A stretch of 64,000 nt of DNA. Origin: the human T2T-CHM13v2.0 reference genome, Homo sapiens. A program made the position numbers and the translations under genes. This document shows positions 1 through 17,259 of this stretch, piece by piece (the first letter of the stretch is position 1; each line of letters starts with the position of its first letter). The stretch lies in assembly GCF_009914755.1 (NCBI RefSeq), contig NC_060932.1, one strand, 5' to 3'. A model generated the notes under the pieces. That model was not told the origin of the DNA, made no database searches, and saw only the letters and a list, made by a program, of their open reading frames with translations.

Positions 1-39
1 TTTTTCCGCTTACAAAAAAATTTGCAATTAGCTTATTTC

Positions 40-89
40 CTACGAGATTAGACGAGATCAGGCACGTTCAGGGTGGTATGGCCGTAGAT
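40..89 (-). pseudogene. 5S rRNA 5'-fragment (nt ~1-48) tailless retropseudogene
   Basis: Reverse complement ATCTACGGCCATACCACCCTGAACGTGCCTGATCTCGTCTAATCTCG matches the 5S rRNA 5' end (GTCTACGGCCATACCACCCTGAACGCGCCCGATCTCGTCTGATCTCG) with ~4 mismatches. Flanked by a 15-bp direct repeat CAATTAGCTTATTTC at 25-39 and 90-104. No poly(A). Confidence 0.93.
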
Positions 90-1380
90 CAATTAGCTTA
101 TTTCTATGCAGGTCTTGAACTTATTTCTAAGCTCAGTTTTTAGCAGTGGAAGTAGTGAGTCAAAGGAATGTGCATCTTTATATTTTAGTAAATATTTCTA
201 AGTTCTCAACAAAGGTAGCACCAATTTTAACCCCCTACAACAACCTGTGGAAAGACCTGTGTCCTTTTACCATTACCAACATTGGATATTTTCTTTTTAA
301 TTTTTGCCAGTCCAATAGGTTAAAAAAATAGTATCTCTTTGCTTCAATTTATATTTCTTCAGGAGTGAAATTGATCATTTCATATTTATTATTTATGTGG
401 ATTTGATACAGGACCTAATTGTCTATTTTTGTTAGAGTTTTCAGCAGTTTTTAATGACATATAACAGCTATTTGTAAATTAAGAAAGTTTAGCCCTTCAT
501 AATATATGTTGCAAAACTATTTTCTTTGTGTTATATATTTTAATTTTTATAATGTTTGTGGTTTTTTGCTGTGGAAACATTGAACACTTTTAATTAGCTA
601 TACTCATCAATGTTTTCATTCATTGCCTTCTGGGTATTTTATTGTACCCTGTTTAGAAAGGCCTTCACTCCAAATTCATAAATAAACCCACTTGTCTTTT
701 CTTCTATTTATTTGTTGTTACACATGTTGCTTCATTTTTTACATTTAAAACTTTGGTCCATTTTAGAATTTATTTTCGTGTAAAGAATTAGACTACAGAT
801 CTAGCTCAAATTGTTTTCCCAAATAGCTCTCCCTTTCTACTCCATTTCTGTAAGTAAGCAAGTAGAAGAAAAGACCATAGGTCAAGGAAGGAAGGAATTG
901 TGGATATACCTGAGGCATGACTTTAGTGCGGATGTTTCTTGTTTGCCATACTCAGTCCTCCTATCAGCGCTATGGGTTAGGATAATTCCTTCCATGTTAC
1001 TTACAGGCAAGACACAGATGCTGATGTTTTCTAAGAATTCACAAATATACATACAGCTAGTCAGGAGTAGAGATTAGATATGGACTTACATAGGACTCAG
1101 TTCAGGGATTCTGGAAAACCTTCCCAGAAGGGCTGATGTTACTGAGCCTGGAAATACGGTAGAATTTGGCAATACGGGAGAAGCCTTAGCATCCGGGTCT
1201 GAAACATGTAGATGGGAAGGTTGTTCCATGCGTGAGGAACAGTTCAGTTTTGGCTGGAGTGGGTGTGCCATATAGGAAGGAGGAAGTGGGGAAACGAGGC
1301 TGGAGACGCAAACTCCAGTCAGATTATGGAAAGTCTTTGATGCCAGGCTAAGGAAGTTGAGCCTTATCACATCAGAGTGT

Positions 1381-1872
<492 letters not shown>

Positions 1873-2631
1873 TAAAAGAGATGAAAGAAGATGCCAGGAT
1901 TACTCACAGAACGTATTCCTCCTCCCAGTGATGGTTGGGAGGAAGTAGAAAGTGCTTAGGCTTTGGGCTGAGTCAGATCCAAATTCATACCTAATCTTCA
2001 ATAGCTGGCATGAGAGAGGCTCTGCAAGCAGTGGTGCCTCCTGCAAAAATACCTGGCATGGATAATTATGGAAACAGTAAAGATTCCTGAGCTGAAGGAC
2101 AAAATGGCCCTAGTTGTGTGGAAGGAAAAATAACAATCAATATACTAGACAACATTTACAGAATATTACAATATGCCGGGGACTTTATTAGGTTGGAAAG
2201 CTAAGTGCTTTACAAATATTACCTCATTTAACCCTCCTGACAAGTCTTACTCAATTCTTACCATCACCATTCTAAGGATGAGGAACCTAGAACTTAAGTG
2301 CAATAATCTGCCCTGATCACAGATCTAACGAGCGGTGGAGTCATGATTTGAAATAGTTGTTAGCAGTAGGCTTCATAAAATTATTTTGCTCAGATTTTAG
2401 TTGAGTTCAGAAAATCTGACCATGACAGTGACAGAGGGCAGCCCAATTTTATCTGAATCAGAAAGCTGCCAGGGTTTGTACTTTGGGATTGGGAAACAAA
2501 TCTCATATAAAGGCAATGTGCCCAGAATACACTGGGAAATGCTCTAGTTCTAAAAACAGCTGTGAGTCCTTTGGTCAAAGGTTCCGCTCACTGATGATCC
2601 CACAGATTTCTTGTTTCCTAATCATAGGATC

Positions 2632-2928
<297 letters not shown>

Positions 2929-3513
2929 TAATCATAGAATCTTAGACATGGAAGGAAACTTAGCATTCATTAATTAAGCAAGCATCCTTATTTCACAACA
3001 AACTACTGTGTTACAAATATACTGTTTCTAAAACAAAAATAATTACTTAAAATTTTAAATATTTCTAGTTATAAGCAGTATTTTTAAAAATTATGTACAA
3101 AAATACAGATAATCACAAAGCCCAGGGTGGAATGCTAACACAAAATTAGAATTGGAAAGGTGGTTTTGGTAGTATCAGTATTGTTACTAAAGGATATATT
3201 TTAATTTATCTACTCTTCCTATTGGCTATACATGCTTTGAATTAGTGCTTTTAGTATCTCTGTCTGGACTCCCTATTACCTAATGGGCATTGAATATTTG
3301 TTGAATCAATATAGAATCCTGCATTCAGCAGTACTTTACACGGAGCTAGAAAAATATATCCAGATAACTCAGCAGTTTATATTTTATATAGCACTTGAAA
3401 ATTAGTTTTTTATTGACCATTATGTTAGGGGTAAAACTGGATGTCATGCCTGCAGATACATTTTGTGAGGCCAGCTCAGTGTTTTAAAAAATAACTTTTA
3501 AAAAATACACTTT

Positions 3514-3976
3514 GAGCCAGGCACAGTAGCTCATGTCTGTAATCCCAGCACTTTGGGAGGCCAAGGTGGAAGGATCACTTGAGGCCAGGAGTTTGAAAAG
3601 CCTGGTGAACATAGTGACACCCTGTCTCTACAAGAGAAAAAATTTAAAAATTAGCCCAGTGTGGTGGTACATACCTGTAGTCCCAGTTACTGGGGAGTCT
3701 GAGGCAGGAGGATTGCTTGAGTCTAGGAGATTGAGGCTGCAGAGCCATGGTCATACAACTGTACCTCAGCTTGAGTGACAGAGTGAGACCCTGTCTCAAA
3801 AAAAACCAAAAACAAACATACAAAAAACACTTTGAAGTCAGGTGTGGTGGCTTGCACCTGTAGTCCCAGTTTCTCAGGAGGCTGAGGCAGGAGGATCATT
3901 TAAGTGCAGGAGTTTGATTCACCAGCCTGGGCAACACAGCAAGACCCTGTCTCTTTAAATAAATAAATTAAAAAAA
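3514..3976 (+). mobile_element. AluJ-like element followed by an Alu monomer (FLAM-like)
   Basis: Alu consensus ~3514-3827 with A-tail; monomer ~3836-3976. Confidence 0.85.
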
Positions 3977-4686
3977 TTTTTTGTCAAGGCTGCATTCTTC
4001 CATTAGCCACAGTCTCCAACACTCTTGTATTTAAGCTACTTATCAGACCCCTGAACATATTTACTCTGACTTAAATGTTTTACCTTCACCTCTACACAAG
4101 AACCCTGCAAAACAGGTGTTTATATCTCCAATTTTAAAATTACGGAAATGGAGTGTCAATGAATTAATGCATTTTCCAAAGTTACAAAGGTAAGAGACAT
4201 GGAAGGGATTCCATTCCAGGTCTATCAGTCTAGCAAGATAATGATCTCACCACTGTCCTCCTAGTTTATAATAAGGCAAACAAATCAGAAATATCTGTCG
4301 GTCTTCAAAAACCACTCATATTCTTGACCCCTACTTCAGTAGATTCTGATCTAGTTGGCCTTGGAATGGAGCCCATGTGTATTTTTGAAGGCACCCAGGT
4401 TATACTGAGGTGCACATCTGATTTAAAATGTTTAATCAGGGGGCCTCAGATTGATTACTTGAAGGTGACTTTCACAAATACTTCCATGAGTTTCTGTTGA
4501 CAGTTACCTATACAGATAGCATTATCTCCCTGTCAGAGACTAGATAGCACCAAAGCCTAGGTCTTCTGAATCTCCATCCATGATCTGTCCCATCATGTCA
4601 TGTGATGTCTTGTGACTAGCAACCCTGGCAGCATTCAGTTGCTGTCTGTAGACCTTAGAGGTTTATTACAATAAGAAATGATATAT

Positions 4687-5118
<432 letters not shown>

Positions 5119-8102
5119 TTATCTCTCTTCCAGTATATCTTGCAAATTCGAGGGTCTCTCTAGCACCCATGAAATTCCATCAAATGAAGTAACTTCCTGT
5201 CCTATTAGAAAATGCCCGAGACAACGTTATACAAATGATTAAATCTGTTTTATTAGAGACAGTCTAAATTTAAGTTGGTATAATAAATACAATCTTAAGC
5301 ATTGCACATTTTATGAGATATAATTACTGTACATGTGAAACTTATTTTGAAAATCTGGAATGGATATTTTTAAATACTTAATAGCAGGAAGATCTGCTGG
5401 AGGGTTTGTATACTATAATTATACACAGTTGTGTGAAACAAAGGAATGAATGCAATAACATTTTAACGAAGAGATCATTTAATATAAGCCTTGGTTGTTT
5501 TATTTTTCCTCCTTCCTATTGAACATTTTCCATCAGCATTTCAACTTCTCATCTCTTTTGAAACCAGGCATCTTTTTAAAAATAATCTCTCAAGCATTCA
5601 AAGTATCCCACCTCAGAGGCTGTAAAATTTCTGAGTAGAGGATGACCAAGGAAATGTCATCTTCGGTACTTAAACAGTAATGAGTAATCCTAGGTTAAAG
5701 TCCTAATTCTCAGTTTACTAAGAATCTGACGTTAAGGACCACACACTGAAGAAATCTTTAAAGATTCATTCCTAAAGGCTAATTAAAGTTTTAAAATATC
5801 CCAATGACACATAATAAACCATTTACAGCCTTTGTGGTGTGCTGTACATTAGGGTACTGAACACCTTAGTTTACCCAAAGTGTTTCCCAGGACTCAGAAC
5901 TTGTAGTGTTGATACCAGGAAAGTCCTTGGAAAACCAGATCATTTGATCACCCTATCACCATATAGTCAAAAAATGAACAACATAACTCTGGCTCACTAA
6001 GGGCTTACATTCTAATGCAGCAAGCAAGTCCACAAATGGTGTAAAAGTAAGACAGAATTAAGCCACAGCTATAAGAGAAGGCTGAACATTCAATGAGAGG
6101 AACCTAGAGGACTGAAACAATGAATTTTGACTTTAAATGATTCTGTAGAGAAAGTAGAATTTTGGCCATTGTTTAAAATTGGCATAGATTGAAAGAATAA
6201 GTGAGGCATGAAAGGATTTTGTGTTTGGAGATGACATGGCATCTCTGATATTGCTGGAACCTAGACATGAGTAGGGAGAACAGAGACTTGGGCAAGAGAG
6301 TAAAGAGGTTGACCAGGTGAAGGGCTTTGTCACTAAGTCTCTAAATAAAAGTCACTACAGGAAGGCTTTCAGAAAATACTATCAATTCCATGCTTCTTGT
6401 GTGCTGCAGACGATACCCCCTCACTTAATGGTCACCACGCTGTAAGGGGAGAAGTATTTTCCCCCTGGGTGGCCATGTGATAGAGTGGTTGAACACTTCC
6501 GCTACCTCTGACTGTGTGGCCAAAGGCAGTTTGACATCTAAGCATTAGTTTCTCATCTAGCCAATGGGAGAGTACCTGTTCTTAGGATTATTGTGCATGT
6601 AGTACTTATTCAATAACTGGTGATTGCTATTATTATGCTGCTTTCCTGGGGCATACTTAAAAATAAAGTGTCCAAGTCCTTGTAGCTGCTAAGTAAAAAG
6701 CCTAAGATGTGATATCAAGTCACTCCAAATAGCATTCCAAAAGTGATCATTTTTTTCTTTTTTGCTTATTTGTATGTTTTTACTTTTTAACTCCTGCTTC
6801 GCAAAGTGAGGGAGCTGATCGGATGTATATCTTAGGAAGATGATTTTGTTAGTATTATAAAAGATGCATGGAGGGGATGGAACTTAAAGCAGAGAAACAA
6901 TAGAGGAAGCTATTTTAAAAGCTTAGACTGGAACTTTGAATGGTAGAGACAGGAAGGCGGGGAATATGATTAGATTCATTTGAGAGAGAGATTTAACAGG
7001 ATTTAGTATCTTGATTTATGAGGCATGAGGGAAAGCAGACAATAATTCCTGGGAATTCTAAGTTAAGGAAAGAAAGGATTTGCAAGTAAGATAAGTGGAT
7101 TTTATTTTTAGTTCTTATCAAAGAGACTAGGAAGACCATGGTAAATTAGAGGAAATTATAGAAGTAAATAAATCACCCTAAATCTCACCATCAATTGACA
7201 TATGCCTATACTCTTTTTCTATACATTTTTAAAGAACTAACATTATCATCACTTTAATTTTGAATCTTGGTTTTTCTCTGTATATTATCAGCATTTTCCC
7301 CACATCTTTAAATGAGTAAATAGCCTTCCATCTGGTCATGAACATAGATATGTTGAGTTTTGTGTCTTTCTTTCCCCAAACTTTGCATAATATTTAATTT
7401 GTTGAATTCCAGTTTCAACAATCAAATTTCTAATAATATGAAATTGGCTTTTTGACACCACCATGCCCTTGTGATCCTGAGTCTCTGGTCGGAAAAGTTC
7501 TTCTGTGGTCTTATAGATTGCACTGTCTTAAAGGCTTTGCACTCAGAGATTCAATGGGAATAGTCAAAGGGGAGCAAGTGCAGGGCAAACACATCCCTAC
7601 TGTAGTTGCTGATAAGACCTTCAGTGCTTAAAACTCTCAAGCATTTTGTGAATTGAAAAACACTGGCGCTATTCTGCCAAAGCTATACTTGGTCTCCCTG
7701 TAACTGAATGATATTCATTTAATCAGCATAACAGTAAGTGACTACTATGAGTAAAGGCTTATGCGAGACTCCAAGATTAGAAACGAATTGAATATAGACT
7801 TTGTTCATTAACCAATGGAAGAGTTACTTAAGATGCAGATTCTAAGATCATGCTTTTAAAAATCATGATTTACTAGGTTCTGGAATGCAGTCAATGAATT
7901 TGCTCTTCTAAAAGCCCTCCAGGCGACCCTGATACAGGTGAGAAATTCTTATAACCAGTAGGTAGACTCTAAACTGGGTCTACAATATACCAACTGTAGG
8001 ACCCCAAAAATGTCCCTTAGTCACTCAAAGCCTTGGTTTCCTCATCTGTAGTACAGGGATCGTAATTATATACAATATAGAGTTGTGAGTTTAATTTAAA
8101 AA

Positions 8103-8256
8103 CAGAACCAGATACATAGTTTGTGAGGCCCGGTGCAAAATATAAAGCTCCTTGTTTAAAATATGTTCAGTGATTTCAAGAGAACAGCAGCAGAGAATTA
8201 AACCAAGCATTGAGTCCTCTGTGACTACATAGATCACACTCCCCTGAAACTGGCTG
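8103..8256 (-). mobile_element. MER45A-like hAT DNA transposon fossil
   Basis: GGCCCGGTGCAAAAT...CCTTGTTTAAA...ATTAAACCAAGC...CCCCTGAAACTGGC resembles recalled MER45A consensus. Confidence 0.6.
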
Positions 8257-9344
8257 ATTGAAAAAAATGTATACTTATACAATATATAAATATACCCACA
8301 CATCCATACACATGCTCAAAAAATGTAGCTAATTTTATTTGTGTATTTGAGTATAATGTTCACCTGTGTGAGTGAGAAAAGGTGGCATGAAGGAGGTGAT
8401 GCCCAAGCTAAGGCTTGAAAGGCTAAGCGTTTGTAGGTGGACATGGCTGGAGAGAGGCAAACAGCAGAGAGAACAGAAAACACAGGCCCCACCACTACTG
8501 TTGTTGGGTTGCTGATGCCACATGTCAGCAAAATCAGCGTCTGAGGTTGAGGATGTTAAGGTAATGGATGTGAAAGAGCTTAGGATGCCATCGCTACAAC
8601 AACAGTTTTGAGTGGGATACAAATCAGTACCAAGGTGGGCTTGGGCAACTGTATGGCAAGGCATCAATCAACCACCAGGAGGCGATATTGATCCCAATAA
8701 CCTGTTTTCCAAAACACTACTCCTTCCCCAGTTGTTTAGTTTAAGAGATTTGAGACTGTCCCATAACCTTCATTTTCAGGATGGAGACTGAAATCCACAC
8801 TTATCCATTGTCCTAGTTTTATTTTAACTTGTTTATTTTTTAACTGAAAATAAGCACGTGTGTTTAAAAAATGAAAGAGGTTTTTTACTAAAATGTATTT
8901 TGTGCTCACTACACAAGTTAGTACCTTTATAATCACTTTCCTGTATTAAATTTAATAGATTTTCACAGCAACCCTATGGAGTGGTACTAGTATTGTTGGC
9001 TTTTTAGAAATAAGACGATGGATTGAGTAAAGACTATACTTCAGAATTCATGTCACAGAGCCCAGAGGTAACCACTCAAAACTTTCATGCATATCTTTCT
9101 AAACTTTTTCCTTGTGAAAAATGTTTTTTTATATGTGCATGTGTTTATATTTAAACACAAATATAAATATGCATAGTTGGGCTTATTGTTTGTTTTAGAA
9201 CAGTGAGATCATACATGTATTGTCCACAATTTGTCCTTTTAAAATGTAATCTATTATAATTTTTGCATAAATATATAAAGATATATTTTATTTAATATAT
9301 TTTTAATTTATGTATTATTTACTTAATTTAATTCATTAACTTAT

Positions 9345-9662
9345 TTGTTTTTCTGAGACAGAGTCTCACTCTGTCACCCAGGCTAGAGTGCAGGTGTGTG
9401 ATCTTGGCTCACTGCAACCTCCACCTCCTGAGTTTTAGTGATTCTCCTGCCTCAGCCTCCTGAGTAGCTGGGATTACAGGCATGCACCATCATGACCAGC
9501 TAATTTCTGTATTTTTATAGAGACTGGGTTTTGCCATGTTGGCAAGGCTGGTCTCGAACTCCTGACCTCAAGTGAGCCACCTGCCTCAGCCTCCCAAAGT
9601 GCTGGGATTATAGGCGTGAACTACCGTGCTCAGCCTATATATATATATATATATATATATAT
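9345..9662 (-). mobile_element. Alu (AluS-like) with adjacent (TA)n
   Basis: Antisense Alu consensus; (TA)~13 at 9637-9662. Confidence 0.9.
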
Positions 9663-9669
9663 CTTTTTG

Positions 9670-9830
9670 TATATAGTATAAAGTTCAGGTGTACATGTGC
9701 AGGATGTGCAGGTTTGTTACTTAAGTAAACGTGTGCCTTGGTGGTTTGCTGCACAGATCATCCCATCACCTAGGTATTAAGCCCAGCATCCGTTGGCTAC
9801 TCTTCCTGATGCTCTCCCTCTCCCACTCCC
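9670..9830 (-). mobile_element. Short 5'-truncated L1P 3'-end fragment
   Basis: GTACATGTGCAGGATGTGCAGGTTTGTTAC...ATCCCATCACCTAGGTATTAAGCCC, typical of L1PA 3' UTR antisense. Confidence 0.85.
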
Positions 9831-10856
9831 CTATAGTTATTTATTATCTGTAAATAACTATGTTTGAAATGAACATGTAAAACGACTTACTCAAAAGCAC
9901 ACAGCTCTACAGTGGCAGAATTAGTACTGGAATCCAAGCCTTATGTCACACTAAATATGTATTAAATATTTGTGAATGAATGAGCTAACTAGTCCTTATG
10001 TTCATCACTGCTACTGCCAATGTATATAGAAAATTTATTTCACCCCAGGATAAATATAAATACAGAAATTTAGAAAGAAAAAAGATATCACCTCTAGCTG
10101 GAGACAATTGAAAAGCTTCATGAAAAATATGATACTAGAATATGGCCTTAAAGGATTGGTAAGGAAGGGAAATTTTATACCTCTGGAGAAGGGTAGGAAC
10201 CAAGACATTAATGTAGAAAAGGACAAGTTAAGTTTGAAGAATTTTTAATCTAAACAGTTGGGTTAGACCAAGATTGTAGAGAATCTTAAATACTGAAGAG
10301 GTTTCTTAAAATTCCAGAGCAACCAAGGGCTTGGGAAATGCAAAGTTATCAGCATTCTTGTTCTAAAATATGCTATTATGGCAATGCTGACTTGTAAGTA
10401 ACTTTTCAGTATTTTATTTTGCTTCAAGGAAAAACAAGTGTGACAGCAAAATTGTTTGCTTTTTCAAATTATTTTAATTTTCACTTCCTCTATTTAAAAA
10501 AGGGAAGCTTCAGAGAAGGAAGAAATGTTACCAAAAATGTGAAATTTTAAGAGAGAGAAGAATGTTTATGGGGATATTCTAAATTCAGCTGACTAGGAAA
10601 TCACGCGATATGACAGGGTTTCCCCATGTAAGCATATGTGGTTAGTGCTGGATTGAACAAATCCACAGTATAACAAAAAATGTTTACCAATGTAATCAAG
10701 GAAAACTTTCATTTGAAAATTCATACATTGAAAAAGTGTGAAATATATTTGGTGTACTTTTATAAATTATTTAATTCCTCAATGAAACTCGTAAATGAAA
10801 GGTGCCTTTCACACACACACACCGATCCTTTCCATGAACAATGACCCCTGAAATGC

Positions 10857-11124
10857 TTTTTTTTTTTTAATTGAGACAGGGTCTTATTCTGTCACCCAGG
10901 CTGCAGTGCAGTGGTGTGATCATGGCTCACTGCAACCTCAGCCTCCTGAGTAGCTGGAACTACAAGCAGTCACCACCACACCCAGCTAATTTCTGTCTTT
11001 TTTGTAGAGAGGCACCTTTGCCATGTTGCCCAGGCTGGTCTCAAACTCCTGAGCTCAAGCGATCCGCCTGCCTTGGCTTCCCAAAGTGCTAAGATTACAG
11101 GAATGAGCCACAGCTCCCAGCCTG
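10857..11124 (-). mobile_element. AluJ-like
   Basis: Antisense Alu consensus with poly(T). Confidence 0.88.
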
Positions 11125-11332
11125 AACATGCATTATATGTCCCTATCCTTGTACATTCTGTATGTATAATTGTTACCTAGCCAACATCTCACATAGTTCT
11201 CTGGTCACCTAAAACAAAATGGTTGTCATTAAGAATTAGATTACATGTTGCAGATGAAGGATGTGGATCTGGCCTCCTAGGTAGAAAGGAAACCTGTAGC
11301 AATCAAGGCCTGATAAAAGGATGTGGCTTTCT

Positions 11333-11780
<448 letters not shown>

Positions 11781-12792
11781 AAAAGGGATGTAGCTCCTGT
11801 GATCAAGCCAAATATTAGTCACAATGTGTGTACACAGTGAAGCTGTTGTCATCACCAAGTTAAATGTTCTCTCAGGCCCAAAGGACAAAGTTCAGACTGA
11901 GTATTGAGGTACCTCCATCTAGCAAAGGGGCTCAGGTCTCTTTACAGGAAAGCTGTTATCAGTTTTGACAAACAGTTGGCAAGCAATGTTTTGAGATTAC
12001 TGATTACATTTCCAAAGAAGTAATATTGAACTTTTTGAAGTTCGGATAACTTAAAGGAAACATCATATAAAATAATGACCACACAAAGACAACTCTGGGG
12101 TTACAAGATACAAAACAAGATGGTAATAGGTTTTATGAAATAGGTGTAAATCAGACTTGAGGGCTAGTATCTTAACACTATTGAGTAATACGATTTATGG
12201 TCTTCTTTTTTGGTGTCCCAGCCTTCCAAATGACTGTATCACTCAGCTTCTTGTCTTCACACCACAACTGACATGATAATCTCCTATTATCTAAGAGCAA
12301 TAGGTAAATTTAGAAAGAACTCTCTTAGCTAAAACTAAATCCAAAACTACAGAGATGAAGAAAGCTCAGGCTTACCTCAACTAAACTTTTCAAATGTTTT
12401 ACATTAAAGATGATGTGGCTTATAATTTCCTGCAAAGTCCAGTTTACAGGAAAATATCTTCTTCTAACAGTGTATGTCCTCCTTTATCCAAGGCACTCTA
12501 CGAGTGCTTTCATATGTGTTACTAAGCCTGATGCCAACCATTCAAAGTTGAATGAATATTTTCATTTCAAAACTGAAGAAACTGAACTCTTAGGGTTTTT
12601 AAGTTGCAGAGCTGGGCTTAAATCAGGTTTATCTGTTTCAAAGCCTGGGCTCCTACTGTGACAACTTCTTTATGATTTACAAACTGCTTTCCTATGTGTA
12701 ATTTGATTTAGTGTGCACAGCGACCCTGTGAAGACAGTAATTGTCTACTTCTTCTCACCCTGTGATGCCAAGTTTGTTGAAAAGAATAATCT

Positions 12793-13420
<628 letters not shown>

Positions 13421-14541
13421 AATAATCTATACTTCTCTATTTTCTCACTTATTTCCTCATCCCACTTCGGTCTTATTTCCTTCCCCATCAGGTCACCAAA
13501 AGCTATTCTAATAGCTAAGTCCAATGGATATTTTTTCAGCTGTTTCCTAATTCGCCATGGCATTTACTGTTGTTACCTTGTCCCATTCACTTTGTGACAA
13601 TTCTTTGTGCTCTTTTTTACCATTTTCACTCTTTCTCCTTCTTCCTTGCAAAAATCTCCTTTCTATCCCTTAAGAACCAAGGAAATAACACAGTATGGAC
13701 TTTAATTAATAACAATATGTTAATATCGATTCATTAATTATAACAAATGTGCCATACTATTTTAAGATGTTAATGAGAAGAAACTGGGTATGGGGTATAT
13801 GGAAACTCTCTGTACCATCATCTCAATTTTTTCTATGAATCTAAAATTATTCTAAAAATTAAATTATGTTAAAAATAATTTTACAAAACAGAGTTTTTCT
13901 AATCTCAGTGTGTGCAATGCTTAAGAGACAGACAGGAAAAACAAAATAAAGAATGAGCTAAATAGAAAAAGAAAACGACAGGCCTGGGAGATAGGGCAAC
14001 CATAAGACAAATTATCACAGAATTCAAGTTCCAGGAAGGAGGAGGAAGGTGTCCTGGAGGGGTGTTTACACTCATCAAATACCATTGCAAATCCTGGCAG
14101 ACGCACCCTGAGAAGCACTCCCTCCCCAGAGTGAAGCCCTCCTTCCTGCTGCTACTTGAAAGGAAGAATAATATGCCCAGCTGCCTGCCTCTGTCCTCTT
14201 CCCCATGTGCCCTATGGGGAAGCCTCGGAGCATGTCTGCTGGCCATAACGACCCCCCACCCCAGTTCTTCCCCTTTCAATTCTGTTCTCAAGGTCTGGGT
14301 TTATCTCCGTCTCTGCTCACTCTGACTCAGTACTTGTAAGCACATCAGAAATCTTAACTCTCCCCTTCTCTACCTCAGAGACCCTTTTGGATTTTATCTT
14401 AGAGATAAATAACAGTGTGGCCAGCGGTTCTTTGTCATATAGTGTCCAATGTCCCTTCTGTCCCCTTAGATCAGTGATCACCATCCTTTAATCATATACC
14501 TATCATTAACACACAAGCCCAAAATAATATAACATATTTAA

Positions 14542-15236
<695 letters not shown>

Positions 15237-15599
15237 TAAAAAAGAAAGAAATTAAAACCTATCTTAGTGAATAATTTTGAACATTCTATAAGACAGCAAC
15301 CTTTCCACTGTTATACATGTCCCCCTAGGTCTACAGGATGCTTTCCAAGGGTTATGGAGACAGGAGTGATTATAAGATGACCACTTTCCAGATCCTGAGT
15401 GCCTATATGTATATATACTAAAACTACCTAAGAGTACTTGAAGTCAGAACACTGTGCTGGGTTCCCCTTATCACCTCCTTATCACAACTGTTCTTTTTCC
15501 ACCATCCTTTTACACCATACTATGATGTATAGCCCTGAGGTATAAAAAGCTTTAGGGCACTAAACAAACCACAGGACCATTTGAAGTGTTAGTGTGTTG

Positions 15600-16452
15600 T
15601 TTTTTTAATTGATAAATAACATTTTCCATATTTATGGGGTCCATGCAATTTTTTTTTTACAGTTATAGAATGTGTAATGATCAGGTCAGGGTATCTGAGG
15701 AGTCTATGACTTTGAGTATTTGTCATTCTGTGTTGGGAACCATCAGTCTATTTTGTAATATGTCATACATTGTTGTTAACTATAGTCACTCTGCTCTTAT
15801 GTCTAACTATAGAACTTATACCTTTTATCTAACTGTATATTTATACCTCTTAATCTACTTCTCCTCCTCTCCCCCTCCCTACCACCCACCATTCCTAGCC
15901 TCTATTATCTGTCATTCTACTCATTACCTTTATGAGATCAACTTTTTTTAGTTCCCACATATGAGTGAGTGCATATGATATTTGGCTTTCTGTGCCTGGT
16001 TTATTTTACTTAACATATTGACCTGCAATTCCATCCATGTTGCTGCAAATGACATATTATTCTTTTTATGGCAGAATAGTATTCTATTGTGTATCTGTAC
16101 CATACTTTCTTTACCCATTCATCTGTTGATGGATGCTTAGGTTAATTCCATATCTTTGTTATCGTGAATAGTGCTGCAATAAACATGTGAGTGCAGGTAT
16201 CCCTTTGACATACTGATTTATTTTCTTTAGTATAGATACCCAGTAGTGGCATTGCTGGATTGTATGGTGTTTCTGTTTTTAGTTTTTTGAGGTATCTTCC
16301 TACTGTTTTCCACAGTACTTGTACTAATTGAAATTTCTACCAATGGTGTATAAGAATCTCCTTTTTTCCACATCCTCTCTCCAGCATATTTTATTGTTTG
16401 TCTTTTTAATACTGTCCATTCTAAATGGGGTAAGATGCTATCTTATTGTGGT
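15600..16452 (-). mobile_element. Old L1 (L1MA-like) 3' fragment
   Basis: TCCCACATATGAGTGAG, TCCATCCATGTTGCTGCAAATGAC, CCCAGTAGTGGCATTGCTGGAT are L1 3' end/ORF2 C-terminal motifs. Confidence 0.85.
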
Positions 16453-16674
16453 TGAAGTATTGGCGTCTTGGAGGACACTAATGACTAAAAGATAGAGAGA
16501 AGAAGACTGATTGGCTAAGAAACTTGAGACCCAGGGAATGACCTGGTTTTGAGTTTCTCGGATTTTCCTTCGGGTTGCCTCATACACTCCTAACTGGATG
16601 CTAGAAAATCTTACAGCCCAGAAAGCCAATGGGCACATACAAAAATGCCCCCAAGGAAAGGCTGTTCTCTCTAG

Positions 16675-17019
<345 letters not shown>

Positions 17020-17259
17020 ACAAGCAGAAAATCTTCAGATAATAATGGCTCTACTCTAACCAAGTGCCATGGGAAAAACTGCAACCCCACCCCTGTCAGC
17101 AAATGCTCGATGGGGACCCAGATGTCTACCCTTACCCGGCTGTAAGTGGGGTCAGAGAGGGCTGAGCGGGAAGCTGGGCCTTTGACCACCTCCCAGCAGT
17201 AATGAGCCCTCTTTTTAGCCTTGGTGTCAATAGAGGCCACACACAGAGTAGTAATAAAT

